A DNA stretch of 62,420 nt, filler included, from Nemertoderma westbladi (taxonomy: Eukaryota > Animalia > Xenacoelomorpha): NCBI GenBank assembly GCA_032718475.1. It is 4 parts of 4 records of this genome, joined end to end, with 100 filler letters (N's around TTAATTAATTAA, not from the genome) between each part and the next. Parts side by side here need not be neighbours in the genome. Positions count along the whole stretch, not along the records: positions 49,752 to 58,787 come from JAUCBJ010001827.1; positions 58,888 to 62,420 come from JAUCBJ010000660.1; 2 more parts are not named here. One strand, written 5' to 3'. The position numbers and the translations under genes were made by a program. Shown here piece after piece: positions 50,171 to 62,420 of the stretch. Numbering within the stretch: the stretch's first letter is position 1; every line of letters begins with the position of its first letter. A model generated the notes under the pieces. That model made no database searches and was not told the origin of the DNA. It saw nothing but the letters and a program-made list of their open reading frames with translations.

Positions 50171-51114
50171 CCGGGTCCGACGAATTTGTACAAAAAAGTA
50201 CAAAAAAATACAAAATAGTAGGCCTACAATATAGTACAAAAGAATACAAGGGAGAGTACTGTACACCCCAGTGCAAAGATAGTACAAAATACAGAAATAG
50301 TACAAAAGAATACAAACGAGTGAGAAACGCTTGCAAAACGTGTATCCAAGTGTAGTTCAAATCGTTTAGAGGGGCGCACATGACTGCATGATGTGCAAAA
50401 TAAAACAAAGCATTGTCTGATTGTGGTGCGAGCCATGCATTGAGCGGGGGATGATCTAGCTGTCTAGCAGTCAGAGAGTAGGCCCCTATTACAATACAAT
50501 CATATGAGTTTTAATGCAGCCTTTTGTGTTCAAAAAACACAATAAACGGTCCCAAGCCCGCAAAATTGCAGAGGGATAACTCAATAAAGTTGCAGATAGA
50601 GGCGTACATACAGACATACATATGTCAGTATGTAGCCTACATAATGTACAGTAGCATACAGTCTATCCTTCAGTATATGGGCTACTTTAAGACTATGACC
50701 TAAATTTTGAGTCTCAGTAGGAGTTTTAACTACCCACTGCATAGTATTGCATTATATTGTATTATACGAACTGTAGCCTATTTCTACTTGTGCGCCAGTC
50801 AAAATCTACATGAATCAAAGTTTTGTCGATCATTTCATACTGACCACAGAACCAAGGCCGCTAGTCTGCTAGTGATTGATACTGTAGCGGCGCATATTTC
50901 GGTCCCGTTGCATTTGCTTACAATTAATTATATTTATATACAAGTGTTGTGTAGTGTAGACTACACTAGTATACACGTTTTGTATGCGTTTCTCACTCGT
51001 TTGTACTCTTTTGTACTATTTTTGCACTCATTTGTACTATTTTTGCACTTTATTGTACTCTTTTGTACTATATTGTACTATTTTGTACTTTTTTGTACAG
51101 ATGCGTCGGACCGG
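50171..51114. mobile_element. Foldback MITE with long TIRs of GTACAAAA subrepeats
   Basis: ccgggtccgacgaatttgtacaaaa... is inverted with ...ttttgtacagatgcgtcggaccgg over ~170 bp; inserted in a cctaacctttgttc..cagttagtttaac repeat. Confidence 0.75.
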
Positions 51115-52134
51115 TCCTAACCTTTCCTTTTGTTCCTCAGATAGTTTAACCACTGTCCTAACATTTGTTCTTCCTCAGTTAGTTTAACTGCTGCTGTCCT
51201 AACTTTTGTTCATTTGTTAGTTTAACCGCTGCCCTAACCTTTGTTCCTCAGTTGTTCCTTTTCTCAGTAGTTTAACCATTATTTCATAACCTGCTTGCAT
51301 TAAGAATATGTGCCGCCCAGTGAAAAATGCTTAAAAGAGGCTATGCTACACTGTAATGCAATAATGTCAATGTCCAACCAAACAATGCGTTGAGTGTTAT
51401 CGGACCAGCCTCCGAAAAATGTTAGGCTAACGGCACCTCGCTCTGTCGCATCAGTTTTTGTAGTGGTCTAGTTCCAGGCTACCAGAATCCTTTAGGCCTA
51501 GTGCATGATATAGAATCAGCACATCCTGACATCTGTGCAACTCCTGAACTCACGCGAGCATTTTACAGATGGTGGTCTAATTTATATGGTCATGTACCGC
51601 GAAACCGTGTATTATTTACAGATGTAGGCTAAATTTCGGGTCTTGTACCGTGCCGTGTACAGGGCCCACGTGGTGGGCCTACACAGCTACTGCTATTTTG
51701 CCTAATACAGGTCCCAGAGGTAAATCCTTAACCCATGGGCTGTTACCTCTCTGACTGACAGCGCAACAGCCCTCTCTCTACTGGTCAGCTATTGTAGGCC
51801 TGTACGACTGCGCTGTACTACCAGACCACAGACTACGGCATACGGCTCAGTGTCGGCGTTGTCCAACCGAATGGAGGCATCAGACACTGGACAATGAACC
51901 GGCCGGTTTAGTAAGCTGGTAACAACGAGTTCAATCTCATCTCCTATTGGCTGGCTGATTGGCTCAGATAAATAGTTTATTAGGCTTGTGATTATATGGA
52001 ATACCCTACAGTTACTTGGAAAATGCAATTCTAACTGTATATTAACACAAAATGTAACAATGCCGCATGCCATACTGTATTTAACACTTAACCGAAAGTA
52101 CCATGACTTTGAATTAATACTTTATAACGTGTGC

Positions 52135-52690
52135 CCATCAGCCCATATGAAGAATACCATGTTTTAATAATTTTTCTTTCTATTTTTTCAATTTTTGGAA
52201 TTTTATATGTGAAGAATTATTCCTTATTGAGTGCTTTATAGCGCTTGTTTCTGTCTTATAACCTGTACAGATACTAATTCGTTTATTGTTTTGGTTAGAT
52301 TCAGCATTCAGACATTCTGTAACCTGGGTTTTTAATGAAAACCTGTTATTCTTCACAGGAGCCCTTAAAATTACTAGAATCACTATTTCCTGATTGGTTT
52401 GGCCCATGTGAAGAATACCAGACTTTCTGCCGTTATATTTCACTTTGCAGTTACCCGCATGTGAAAAATACCAGTTTTTTTTTTACAAAAAAACTCAGGT
52501 TACAGAAGCGCTGAATTTAACCAAAACAATAAACGAATTAGTAGGCTCTATACGTACAGGTTATAAGACAGAAATAAGCGCTATAAAACACTTAAAAAAG
52601 ATAAATAAAATAAAATAAAAAATCTTCATAAAATTCCAATAAAAAGTCGACCGAAAAGTGAAATCCTGGTATTCTTCACATGGGCGATTG
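52135..52690. repeat. Palindromic MITE-like element
   Basis: Repeated gcccatgtgaagaatacc in both orientations; 52225-52330 is inverted with 52495-52590. Confidence 0.55.
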
Positions 52691-53429
52691 GTTTTAAACC
52701 GGGTACCTAGCAACTTCATCAGCTGGTTTCAAAATGCCATATTAATTAGCAGCGGCCATTAAAAATACTAGAGCATCTATTTCAGGAGCCCTTAAAACAA
52801 CTCTATTATTAACACTATTAAACACTATTATTAAATTTATAGATGTTATTAGGATGCAGTAAACCCTACAGTACTCAAACACCGGTCTACCGGTACATTC
52901 ATTTGTATAACGCTAATATTGGAGTTGGCTGTCAATTTATTAATACAGAACCTACCTACAGTACAGCCCTACTGCTAGTTCGCTTTCATTGTATTAAAAC
53001 GATGCCTACTTGTCCGTACTTGTATAGCCTACAGTTGTTATATATTGTAGGCCTAGGCCTATTGTGAATTGTAAATGAAAGTGCCTTTTTTTACCTTTCT
53101 CTGCAACTCTCCACTACAACTGCTTCATTGTTGTTTGTATACAAACAACAATGGCGATCTGCTTAGGGAATTGTTTTTGGACCGTCTCCCATTAAATTGA
53201 TTACACAATTTAAATTAATTAATATCCGTGCAGTAGTAGAACTAAACTAAAATTAGTTTTGTGCATCGTGTTAAGGATGGTAGGGAAATATTAGCTTAAT
53301 AGTTTTTTCGGTTTTTTGTAATTACGATCTAATTACACACCTCATCTCATTTCGCTGCGAATTTTGATTGCGTTTTTTGACCTGTGCTAGTGTGCATAGT
53401 AGTGTGCTCTGTGCTAAATTGAAAAACAT

Positions 53430-54830
53430 GTACCTTCCGTATGATCTATTAAAGCTCATCTATCCCATCATAGTAGACATGTACCGAACAACAAGAGTCC
53501 CACAAGAAATGAAAACAAATAAGTTGGTGCCAGTTCCCAAGAAGGGCAACCTAACACTCTATGGTTCTTTTCGGGGAATCTCATTGATCTCGATTGCTGC
53601 AAAGCTATACAATAGGATTCTATTAAATCGCATCAGGGATCCCATTGAGAGACTGCTCCGTGGAAATCAGAATGGGTTCCGTAAAGGTCGTGGGACCATG
53701 GAGCCCATTTTGGCACTTAGAAGGATAATTGAAGAATTATCAAAAAAGAAAGACAGGCATCTGGCTGTTATCTTTGTTGACTTCTTCAAGGCCTTTGATT
53801 CAGTCTCTCGGTCACGTATGTTCAGCATACTTTCATTATATGGGATTCCTGATGAAATTATTGCAGCAATCAGATCAGTATACGATGGTTCGACAACATT
53901 TGTGTCTACTGTTGACGGTGACACAGAACCATTTGAAGTGTTATGGGGCGTCCTCCAAGGAGACACACTTGCACCATTCTTGTTCATTATTGTGGTTGAC
54001 TATGTTCTACGCATGTCCTTAGATCATCATAATGATGATGGGGTGATGATAACTCCACCTACTGGCTCCAGAAGGCGAGGAAATCCTGCCAAGTACCTAA
54101 CTGATCTAGACTTTGCTGATGACTTAGGAGTACTCTCAGAATCATTAGAGGGAGCCCAACAGCTCCTCAGCTCATTAGAACATGCTGCTTCTAGTGTTGG
54201 TCTTTTTATTAACTCCAGAAAGACAAAAATTCTGACAGTTAACTTTGAAAGTCCTCAGCAAGTCTCTGATCGGATGAGCATAAGCTCAAAGGATGGTATG
54301 CTTGAGCATGTGGACGACTTCTGTTACCTGGGATCATGGATCCGGAAGTCAGGTGAGGACCTTCGAATACGTAAGGGAAAGGCATAATCGGAAACTTAAG
54401 GTCCGCTTATTTAGAGCAGCAGTAGTTCCAGTACTCCTCTACGGGAGTCCATGCTGGGCTCTAACTGCTGAGGACACCAAATCTCTGGATGGCACATTCA
54501 CAAGAATGCTACACCGGGTTCAAGTACAATGCACACATCTCCAACCAGACACTATATAACATTGGAGGTGTCTCATTGGTTCCCCCAAGCTTGACACTAG
54601 AACAAAATCGCCTCCGCTTTGCAGGACATTGCTTTCGCCGTGAGGACCAGCCAGTGCATAATCTTGTACTTTGGCAGCCTCATGGAGTGAATAAGCATGG
54701 TGGACAGCCCATGACTTTCTTGAGACGCATCTTAAAGGACACTGGCCTTAAAGATGCGGATGATCTAGCAAATGTCATGGGTGATAGGGAGTTGTGGCGG
54801 TGCAATTTTGTTGACAAGCCGGCACAGCAT
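53430..54830 (+). mobile_element. RTE-clade LINE RT fragment
   Basis: FRGISL, QNGFRKGR, FVDFFKAFDSV, GVLQGDTLAP and LDFADD motifs; 47-bp deletion at 54385 and 8-bp deletion near 54522 relative to the 60.7-61.5 kb copy. Confidence 0.92.
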
Positions 54831-55361
54831 GGATCACCTTGTTATGCCGTGTTATAGTACTGCACAGTATGTCAATTAGTCAATTAGTGTCATTCCCAGT
54901 CATGCCTAGTTATGGAGTGCTGTAACGGATGTGTCGTTCACGTTGTATTCCAGCCCTATTCCCAAGACCATGCTGTGCAATGCTATTTGTGCTACTCCAT
55001 CCGTTTAATTATTCAATTTCGATTGCTCATATTACAACAAGACAACAAAAAGATCCATCACACCACCCGACCCCACCCCCCCCCCCCCCCCCCCCCCTGC
55101 CCTCCCCCTTCATAATCAACAATCATGTCACATACGTGTTAGTTCCGGTCACCAGTTGTGTTTCATACTTTTTATTTTCAAATTTGTTGACTTTCAAATT
55201 AGTCACAATTTAATTGAGTGTAGTGTATCGTAAGTAAGACTTAATAGATTTTATATAATTCCAACTTTATTCAAATTTGCTTATTTTATAGGCGGCATTT
55301 GTTATTTGCAAATTGCTAATGTTTAAATTTTTCTATGAACTAGTCTCATTGTCATAGCAAG

Positions 55362-56061
55362 ATGGCTTCGGCTTATGATTCAGATTCAGACGCTTGTGAA
55401 GATATGTCGGTATATCGTTGGCAAGCGCAACCTCAACGCCGTCAGCGTATACAACATCATCCAGAAGAAGATAACATTGTCGATAGACGTGATTTCCTTT
55501 CCCTCAATGACGAGTCCCAAACTATTGATGTTTGTAAACGAGTCCATATCCCAGTAGAGAAATACCCAGGATACAATTTTGTTGGCAATTTTGTTGACCC
55601 ATGACTTTCTTGAGACGCATCTTAAAGGACACTGGCCTTGAAGATGCGGATGATCTAGCAAATGTCATGGGTGATAGGGAGTTGTGGCGGTGCGATTTTG
55701 TCGATAAGCCGGCACAGCATTCTTAAAAATGCAGCTGCAATGCAGCATGCCGATCCTAGTAGTAGTAGTTGTTGGCAAGATCCTCGGCTCCAAAGGCAAT
55801 ACTCTGAGGGAGTTGAGCAAAGAGACCCATTGCGGATTGTATCTACTGGGCCAAGGGACTGTCCGAGATAAACAGGAGGAGTCGCGTAGAAGGCTGTCAG
55901 GGGACCTGTGCTTCGACCATCTCAACTACCCCCTACATATACTCGTGAAAACAACCGCCAGACCAACTGAAGCTTACGCCAATTTATCTGCAGCGTTAAT
56001 AGAATTGTCCAAATTGCTGGTACCGGGTAATAATGATACGGATACAGCACATCAACTTCCA
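55362..56061 (+). pseudogene. STAR-family KH-domain exon interrupted by an RTE insertion
   Basis: Removing 55589-55778 gives KRVHIPVEKYPGYNFVGKILGSKGNTLRELSKETHCGLYLLGQGTVRDK...HLNYPLHILV (Sam68/Quaking-type KH). It ends at a phase-0 donor CCA|gtaagt. Confidence 0.85.
55589..55778 (+). mobile_element. 5'-truncated RTE insertion, 190 bp including one TSD copy
   Basis: Matches 61290-61460; (TAG)n tail; TSD TTGTTGGCAA at 55579-55588 and 55769-55778. Confidence 0.92.
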
Positions 56062-56425
56062 GTAAGTATAAATATATATTCATAATGCACTTTTTCAGCG
56101 TTATGACCCTTGACCCGAGTGTATTTATGTACCGAGCGAGCTAAGCGAGGGAGGTTTAAATAGATCTAAAATAAATCTAAATGCACTTTGTTTTTGGAAC
56201 ACCGATATGATGACATATTGCAACGTTATTACATTATAATAATTTTATGAAAAGGGAATTATTCACTATTCAGCCTTAAAAATAAAATAAAATCGGTACG
56301 TACATAAACACAATCGGGGTCATAAGAAGGAAATATGTGCTAATATTTAATTCAGTGATGCAATAGCGCATCTGTAACATTTGCATTAAATTCAAATATG
56401 TAATGCAGTTATTTTATTCATTCAG

Positions 56426-58787
56426 AAAATTAATAGATCCCAGAAGAAATACGATGGTGGACCTCCTGGAAATATTACAAAGGAGCGCAATTTCACTAAT
56501 AAGCTCATCAAACAAGGAGCCATGTACATGGGAAATAGGGATGAGTTTGGATTTGTTTTGCGAACGCTACCCGAAATGAAAGTTTATGTATTTTACTTTA
56601 GTTGGGAACGAGTGGACATAGAATTTGAACTATGGTCATTGTTTGAAAACCTAATTGAATATCAGAATTCCGATTGCACTAATTCTGTTAAATGCATCTT
56701 GTTTGATAATGAGTCATGCAATATTAATCATTCAGATTGTGGTATTATTCAGCTTTATGTGAATGGCAAATTGGTTTGCGCTGATGTACTAAAAGATATT
56801 TGTCAGTTTGATAATATGTGCACAGCGTTTGCTGTTGAATATGATAATTTCAAGAAAAAACCGACCAAAAAGGTATATTTCGAAGCGCCTTGTCCACTGA
56901 GAGGGCAACAATGTTCGGGCAAATGTATATCTTGGCTTTGTGCCAAATGTATGTGTCAACTGGAATATGGGTTTGACAATTATTTGTACTGCAGTTGTGG
57001 AGGTGGGAAAGTCGAACATTTCAGCTTTAGATGTAGCTTATCTACACATGGTCGAAAATATTGTTTTTTCGACAAGAAGGATATTCCTGCCATTGTAGAC
57101 AACCTGAAGTCTTTTAATGGTCTTACGATTTTAATCCTAGGGGAAACAGGTGTTGGAAAGTCTACCTTTATTAATGGATTTGCAAACTACCTGGAATATG
57201 ATACTCTTGGAGAAGCTAAGCGAGGTGATAATCTCCTAAGCCCCATTAAATCGAGTTTTACCATAACAGATGACAACTTTGAACAGATAACAATAAATAC
57301 AGGAAGTGATGATAATGAGAATCACGTTGTTGGTCAGTCTGCCACTCAAGGAACCAAAGCCCATGTCTTCAATTACAAAGGATCTACTAACGTTCGTTTA
57401 ATTGACACTCCGGGTATCGGTGATACACGAGGCATTGAGCAGGATAAAGAAAACTTCCAGAACATTCTGGCCTATATTTCATATTTTGAAGAAATTCATG
57501 GAATTTGCATTCTGCTTAAACCTAACAGTTCTCGAATAACAACAATGTTTGAGTTCTGCATTAAAGAGCTTCTAACACATCTTCACAAGGATGCTGCTAA
57601 AAATATATTTTTTGGTTTCACAAACGCTCGAAGCACAAACTACAGACCTGGCGATACGTTTCCTGCCCTTAAGCAACTTCTTGATGAAAATCAGCAAGTT
57701 CAAATCAATCTGTTCAAGGAAAATGTGTTTTGTGTTGATAATGAATCTTTCAGGTATTTGGCAGCCATTAGAAATGGCATTAAATTTAACGAGGCAGATG
57801 AGAAGAATTATGAAGCAAGTTGGGATAGATCCAGGACTGAAACAAACCGTATGATGAGTTACATATCTGATCTAAAATCTCATAAGGTTAAGGATACTCT
57901 TACTATTAATGATGTCAGGAGACGGATTCTAGACCTAACCAAACCACTTGCTGAGATCGCGAAGGTAATTGATACGACTATTAGCAACCTTGAAGATCAG
58001 AAAATTGAAATAGCAAATTCTGAGCAATCGGCTTCTGTGATTTTATCGAAAATTAACATACTAGTTCCAACTCTGGAACGAAAAAACTTATCTTACCCAA
58101 GAACAGTGTGTACCAGTTTATCGTGTTCAGAAGTCCACAATATCAAAGGTCAGGAATTAAAAAAGTTTACAGTTCACTGCCATAAGCACTGTCAACTAAC
58201 TGGAGTTCAAGCTGACACAATTAACAACCCAGATCTGAAGGGCTGTGCGGCTATGAGAGCCAGCGGGGGCCAGACGTGTGAGGTGTGTCAGTGCAATTGG
58301 AATGTCCATATGCATGTTACTTATGAAATGGAGTCAGTCATGGCTGGAGCTGAAGATCTTAGTGCAAAATTGAGTTACCAGGGAATCACTCATCGTATTG
58401 CGCTGAAAGAAAGGGCTGTTGCTGATTACGAACGTGTTATTGATGAGCTAGAACACGAGAAAGAGCAGATAATTAAAGCATCCGTACAGTTTGGGATCTT
58501 TGTGAAGATAAATTGTGTTATTCCGTATAACGATGCTATGAGTGCATACCTCAGTCTTATGATAAAGGTAGAGAGAGAAAAGGCTAATCAGAGTCAAGAT
58601 TTTTCAGCTGTTGACAAACTCACAATACTTAAGCAAAGATATGAAAATGAAGTTGAACTTATCAAGAAAGCAACATCTAACGATTATTGTATATTTCCAG
58701 ATTTTTCTTTAGAAGATCAGGATTTAGTATTGAAGAAGCTTTTTAAACTGAAGCACTTTGGTAGAAATATGGAAAATATATTAGTGC
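56426..58787 (+). CDS. Cys-rich domain + AIG1/septin-like P-loop GTPase + Cys/His domain + coiled coil; 3' end lost in gap
   Basis: Acceptor ttcattcag| at 56425, open in phase 0 through the ATG at 56522; G1 GETGVGKS, G3 DTPG, G4-like FTNAR. Confidence 0.85.
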
Positions 58788-58887
58788 NNNNNNNNNNNNN
58801 NNNNNNNNNNNNNNNNNNNNNNNNNNNNNNNTTAATTAATTAANNNNNNNNNNNNNNNNNNNNNNNNNNNNNNNNNNNNNNNNNNNN
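58788..58887. other. Assembly gap with linker
   Basis: N-run with TTAATTAATTAA; supplies the artificial stop of the GTPase ORF. Confidence 0.95.
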
Positions 58888-59305
58888 CCTATGTCATTAC
58901 TTCGGAGTCTCTAGCGGATCCCCAATTAAATGTCTTAACTTTTCAATTTCGTAAAAGATAGACTTCATGATTCTCTACAAGCAACCAAAATTTCAGCTCA
59001 GGAAAATGAGGCGTTCCCGAGAAATTTAACATTTTCTAAAAACCACATAATCTGTCGTAGCTGACGTCAGACTGCATGATTTTTCACCAAACTTTACAAA
59101 CTTTCTAAACTTTCTCTCTACTACTTACCTACTAAGTTTGGTTCAATTCCGAACCAGCGATGCCGAGAAATTCGCGTTCAAACATTTACCAGACTGACAG
59201 ACGGACGGACGGACAGACAGACAGACGGACAGACAGACGGACATGCCCCATTTGCCCTATATGAACCGTATGCCAAGGCTCGCCGACTACGTGTCTCGCC
59301 CCACA
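58888..59305 (-). mobile_element. DINE-1/Helentron-like element, uninterrupted left arm
   Basis: (GACA/GACG)n microsatellite; terminus gtctcgccccaca; homologous to the split copy at 44302/46555. Confidence 0.7.
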
Positions 59306-59599
59306 GATAAAAATCCTTCCCTATTCAATATCATAGGCAAATTCGATCCTGCGTGTCGAATATGACATATTTATACACTATTTGATTTTTAATCAATAAA
59401 TAATCATACATATTTATATTAAACACTCGAATAAAATACAAACTTTGTGCGAATGGGACACGGCGAATCTACCCATATTAATTTTTTACCTCTCTAAATA
59501 ATTAATTATGCAATAGAAAAGGATTGCAATAGAAAAGGATTGCAATAGAAAATTACCGCTAGAAGAACCAAAATAATTCGATAAATTTCGCCCGAACGA

Positions 59600-59822
59600 A
59601 CACAAAATACACATTCACGCAAGCAAACGTGTAAAATTAGCCTCGAGATAGCGATAGTTTACATGCTCAGAATGAGAGCTTTTGATCGATGTATCATTTG
59701 CTCAGATTTGTGCTCGTGTGTCGGGGCGTATAGCTTGGACAGACTCACAGACAGACAATGCATTATATATATAGATAGATAGACTATAAAGCCAGTGGCC
59801 CTTCGGGCCACAGCTCTCTAGT
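59600..59822. mobile_element. Helitron-like non-autonomous end
   Basis: GC hairpin gtggcccttcgggccac followed by CTAG-T; homologous to 61520-61757. Confidence 0.55.
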
Positions 59823-59939
59823 TCACCAGCCTATACTGTATGACTGCAAGGGTGTCCATCCTCGTAAACACAACCTATAGTTTATTTAGTACTGCAGTAG
59901 GTACTTTTAGATCGCGGCCAATAATCAACTCTAAATAAT

Positions 59940-60365
59940 TTAAATGGGAGAAAGGTTTACTTTCAGACAATTCGTCCCCTAGCGGCAGATTGGAGAACTG
60001 CAGACTGGTCAACGTCCTTCCCAAAGACGCAGTTTGTGGTGTAGTAGACCTCTGCAAGTATTCGCAAAAAAGCATTATAAACAACAAAATGGGAGAAGGT
60101 TTCCACTTTCAGACATTTCGCCCTCTAGTGGCAGACTGAGGAGTTGCAGATTGGTCCGAGTTCTCCACAAACACGCAGTCTATGGTGTAGTAGACCTCTG
60201 CCAAGTATCAGCCTAAAAGCATTTTTAATAACGAAATGGGATAAGGTTTTAAGGTTTTCACTTTCCGACATTTGGCCCCCTAGCGGTAGACTGGAGAAAT
60301 GCAGATTGATCAGTGTTCTCCCAAACACACAGTCTATGGTCAGGAACATATCTGCAAAGTATCAT
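59940..60365. repeat. ~140-bp degenerate tandem repeat, 3 copies
   Basis: aaatggga.aaggttt...ctttc.gaca...ccc.tag.gg.aga...gcaga.tg units. Confidence 0.75.
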
Positions 60366-60616
60366 TTAGCAGATTGAGACTGATCGTGCAACCGCTGTTA
60401 TAGAGTTTCCTGCTGGTTGACCACTAATTTAGCTGAAAATGGTTATGGAATAGCCCAATTTGACCACAAATACGCATTCACGCATAAATGATACATAAAA
60501 TTAGCCTGGATGTAACGACGTTTCGCGTCCTTGTGCTTGGGGCAGTCTGCATCACGTAGGTGCGCATCAAAAAGTAGCATAATAGTCGAGACCCAACATG
60601 TAGAGTGACAGAATGG

Positions 60617-61470
60617 AGGGAGCCCAACGGCTCCTCAGCTCATTAGAACATGAGTCATGAGAAAGGTTCGACATAGAAAGTCCACAAAGTTAACATAGAA
60701 CATGAGAACAACGCTTCTAGTGTTGTTCTTTTTATTAACTCCAGAAAGACCAAAATGTTGACAGTTAACTTTGAAAGTCCTCAGCAAGTCTCTGATCGGA
60801 TGAGCATAAGCTCAAAAGATGGTATGATTGAGCTTGTGGATGACTTCTGTTACCTGGGATCATGGATCTGGAAGTCAGGTGAGGACCTTCGAATACGTAA
60901 GGGAAAGGCATGGGCAGCCTTGAATAGGCTTTCCAGGATTTGGAAGTCACCGAGAATTAATCGGAAACTTAAGGTCCGATTATTTAGAGCAGCAGTAGTT
61001 CCAGTACTCCTCTATGGGAGTCCTTGCTGGGCTCTAACTGCTGAGGACACCAAATCTCTGGATGGCACATTCACAAGAATGCTACACCGGGTTCATTGTG
61101 TCAAGTACAATGCACACATCTCCAACCAGACACTATATAACATTGGAGGTGTCTCATTGGTTCCCCCAAGCTTGACACTAGAACAAAATCGCCTCCGCTT
61201 TGCAGGACATTGCTTTCGCCGTGAGGACCAGCCAGTGCATAATCTTGTACTTTGGCAGCCTCATGGAGTGAATAAGCATGGTGGACAGCCCATGACTTTC
61301 TTGAGACGCATCTTAAAGGACACTGGCCTTGAAGATGCGGATTATCTAGCAAATGTCATGGGTGATAGGGAGTTGTGGCGGTGCAATTTTGTCGATAAGC
61401 CGGCACAGCATTCTTAAAAATGCAGCTGCAATGCAGCATGCCGATCCTAGTAGTAGTAGTAGTAGTACTG
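60617..61470 (+). mobile_element. RTE LINE 3' fragment (type A) with (TAG)n tail
   Basis: Near-identical to 54150-54830; YLGS, KVRLFRAAVVPVLLYG and RLRFAGH motifs. Confidence 0.92.
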
Positions 61471-61519
61471 TAGTAGTGACAGAATGAACTGCTAGGCCTA
61501 CTGCACTACCGGTACCGAA

Positions 61520-61757
61520 TTCACAAAATGTGCACTCACGCAAACAAACGCGTAAAATAAGACTCGAGATAGCTACAGTGCACGTGCTCGTGACGAGAGC
61601 TTTCGTTCGATGTATCGCGAGCTCAGATTGGTGCTTGTGTATACAGTAGAAACGTATACAATACTGTAGCTTGGACAGACAGACAAACAAACAAACACAT
61701 GATATTTATATATATAGACTAGAAAGCCTGTTGCCCTTTGGGCCACAGCTTTCTAGT
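61520..61757. mobile_element. Helitron-like non-autonomous end
   Basis: Ends with actagaaagc-hairpin-gctttctagt. Confidence 0.55.
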
Positions 61758-62420
61758 GCACGTGCAGATGATATATGAATGTGTGGGAGATTGGAGAACT
61801 GCATACGGAGTAGACACTATCATTAAAAAACACTGCCCCCTTATTAACCCTATTACCACTGGGGAGGGGGGGGGGGGGGGGGGGTGGGGGGGGGGGGGCG
61901 AATGGGCTCCGTCCTAGTTTTTAATTGCTGTATCTATGCAACCACATTATGTACCAGCCCAATTTTTTACGAGAATTAGTCAAATTTAATGGTGCATCTT
62001 TTGCAAAAAACGGCGTTGCAATTAGTTTTCAAGTTATCGATGTGGGTGCCACCTTAAAATTTGGTCCCCACCTAGAAATTTTTTTGAAATTTTCAAATTT
62101 CCCAAGGTCATTTGTGAGTTAGTAATTCTTTATGTTGGGCTTTTTGATTGATTCTGATTTGTATGGAGCACTCTACTACTCTATATCAGTATGTAAGGGA
62201 AGTGGTACGTCATTTTTGGTGCACTAAAATTAGGGCGTGGCACTTCAAATTTTCAAAATTGCAATGTAAAACCTTTTGTGGACATAACAAGTCATTTTAC
62301 GCAATGCGCTAAATACTCTAAAAAGGCTTAGAATTGTTCAGCTACGCGTCTGTCAGAAAATACAGAACTGAGATGACGAAATCTGCCAGCTGTTTCTTTT
62401 TGTGTGGAAGTTTCTTTGTT

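Noticed and set aside
56101-56325. ttatgaccc...gggtcataa inverted repeat in the KH-GTPase intron
   Set aside because: Short; probably a small MITE, with no evidence of a regulatory role.
60515-60565. GACGTTTCG (CGAAACGTC on the minus strand), a Penelope hammerhead-like signature
   Set aside because: No intact CTGANGA core or convincing stems.

Overview
Eukaryotic (animal-like, AT-rich, intron-poor) genomic DNA, dense in transposons, with three N-gaps that each contain an artificial TTAATTAATTAA linker. Host genes: (1) a divergent pair of intronless MFS (SLC18B1-like) transporter paralogs, each with its own frameshift; (2) a two-exon permuted papain-like (LRAT/PPPDE-type) gene, hidden because a CRE retrotransposon sits in its intron; (3) esterase D / S-formylglutathione hydrolase, whose upstream region, exon 1 and intron occur as three near-identical 1844-bp tandem units; (4) an intronless 1424-aa undivided Mad3/Bub1 (MadBub) with a 12x27-bp coding minisatellite; (5) an apparent chimeric gene joining a STAR-type KH RNA-binding exon in frame to a Cys-rich AIG1/septin-like GTPase exon, with the KH exon broken by a 190-bp RTE insertion. 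Mobile DNA includes RTE, CR1 and CRE LINEs, tRNA-derived SINE remnants, several MITEs with TSDs, and DINE-1/Helitron-like elements. The most notable hidden signals are the KH-GTPase fusion, the spliced LRAT-like gene, and a pair of type I hammerhead ribozyme motifs 352 bp apart (retrozyme/Penelope-like). All calls were made by eye; no searches were run.
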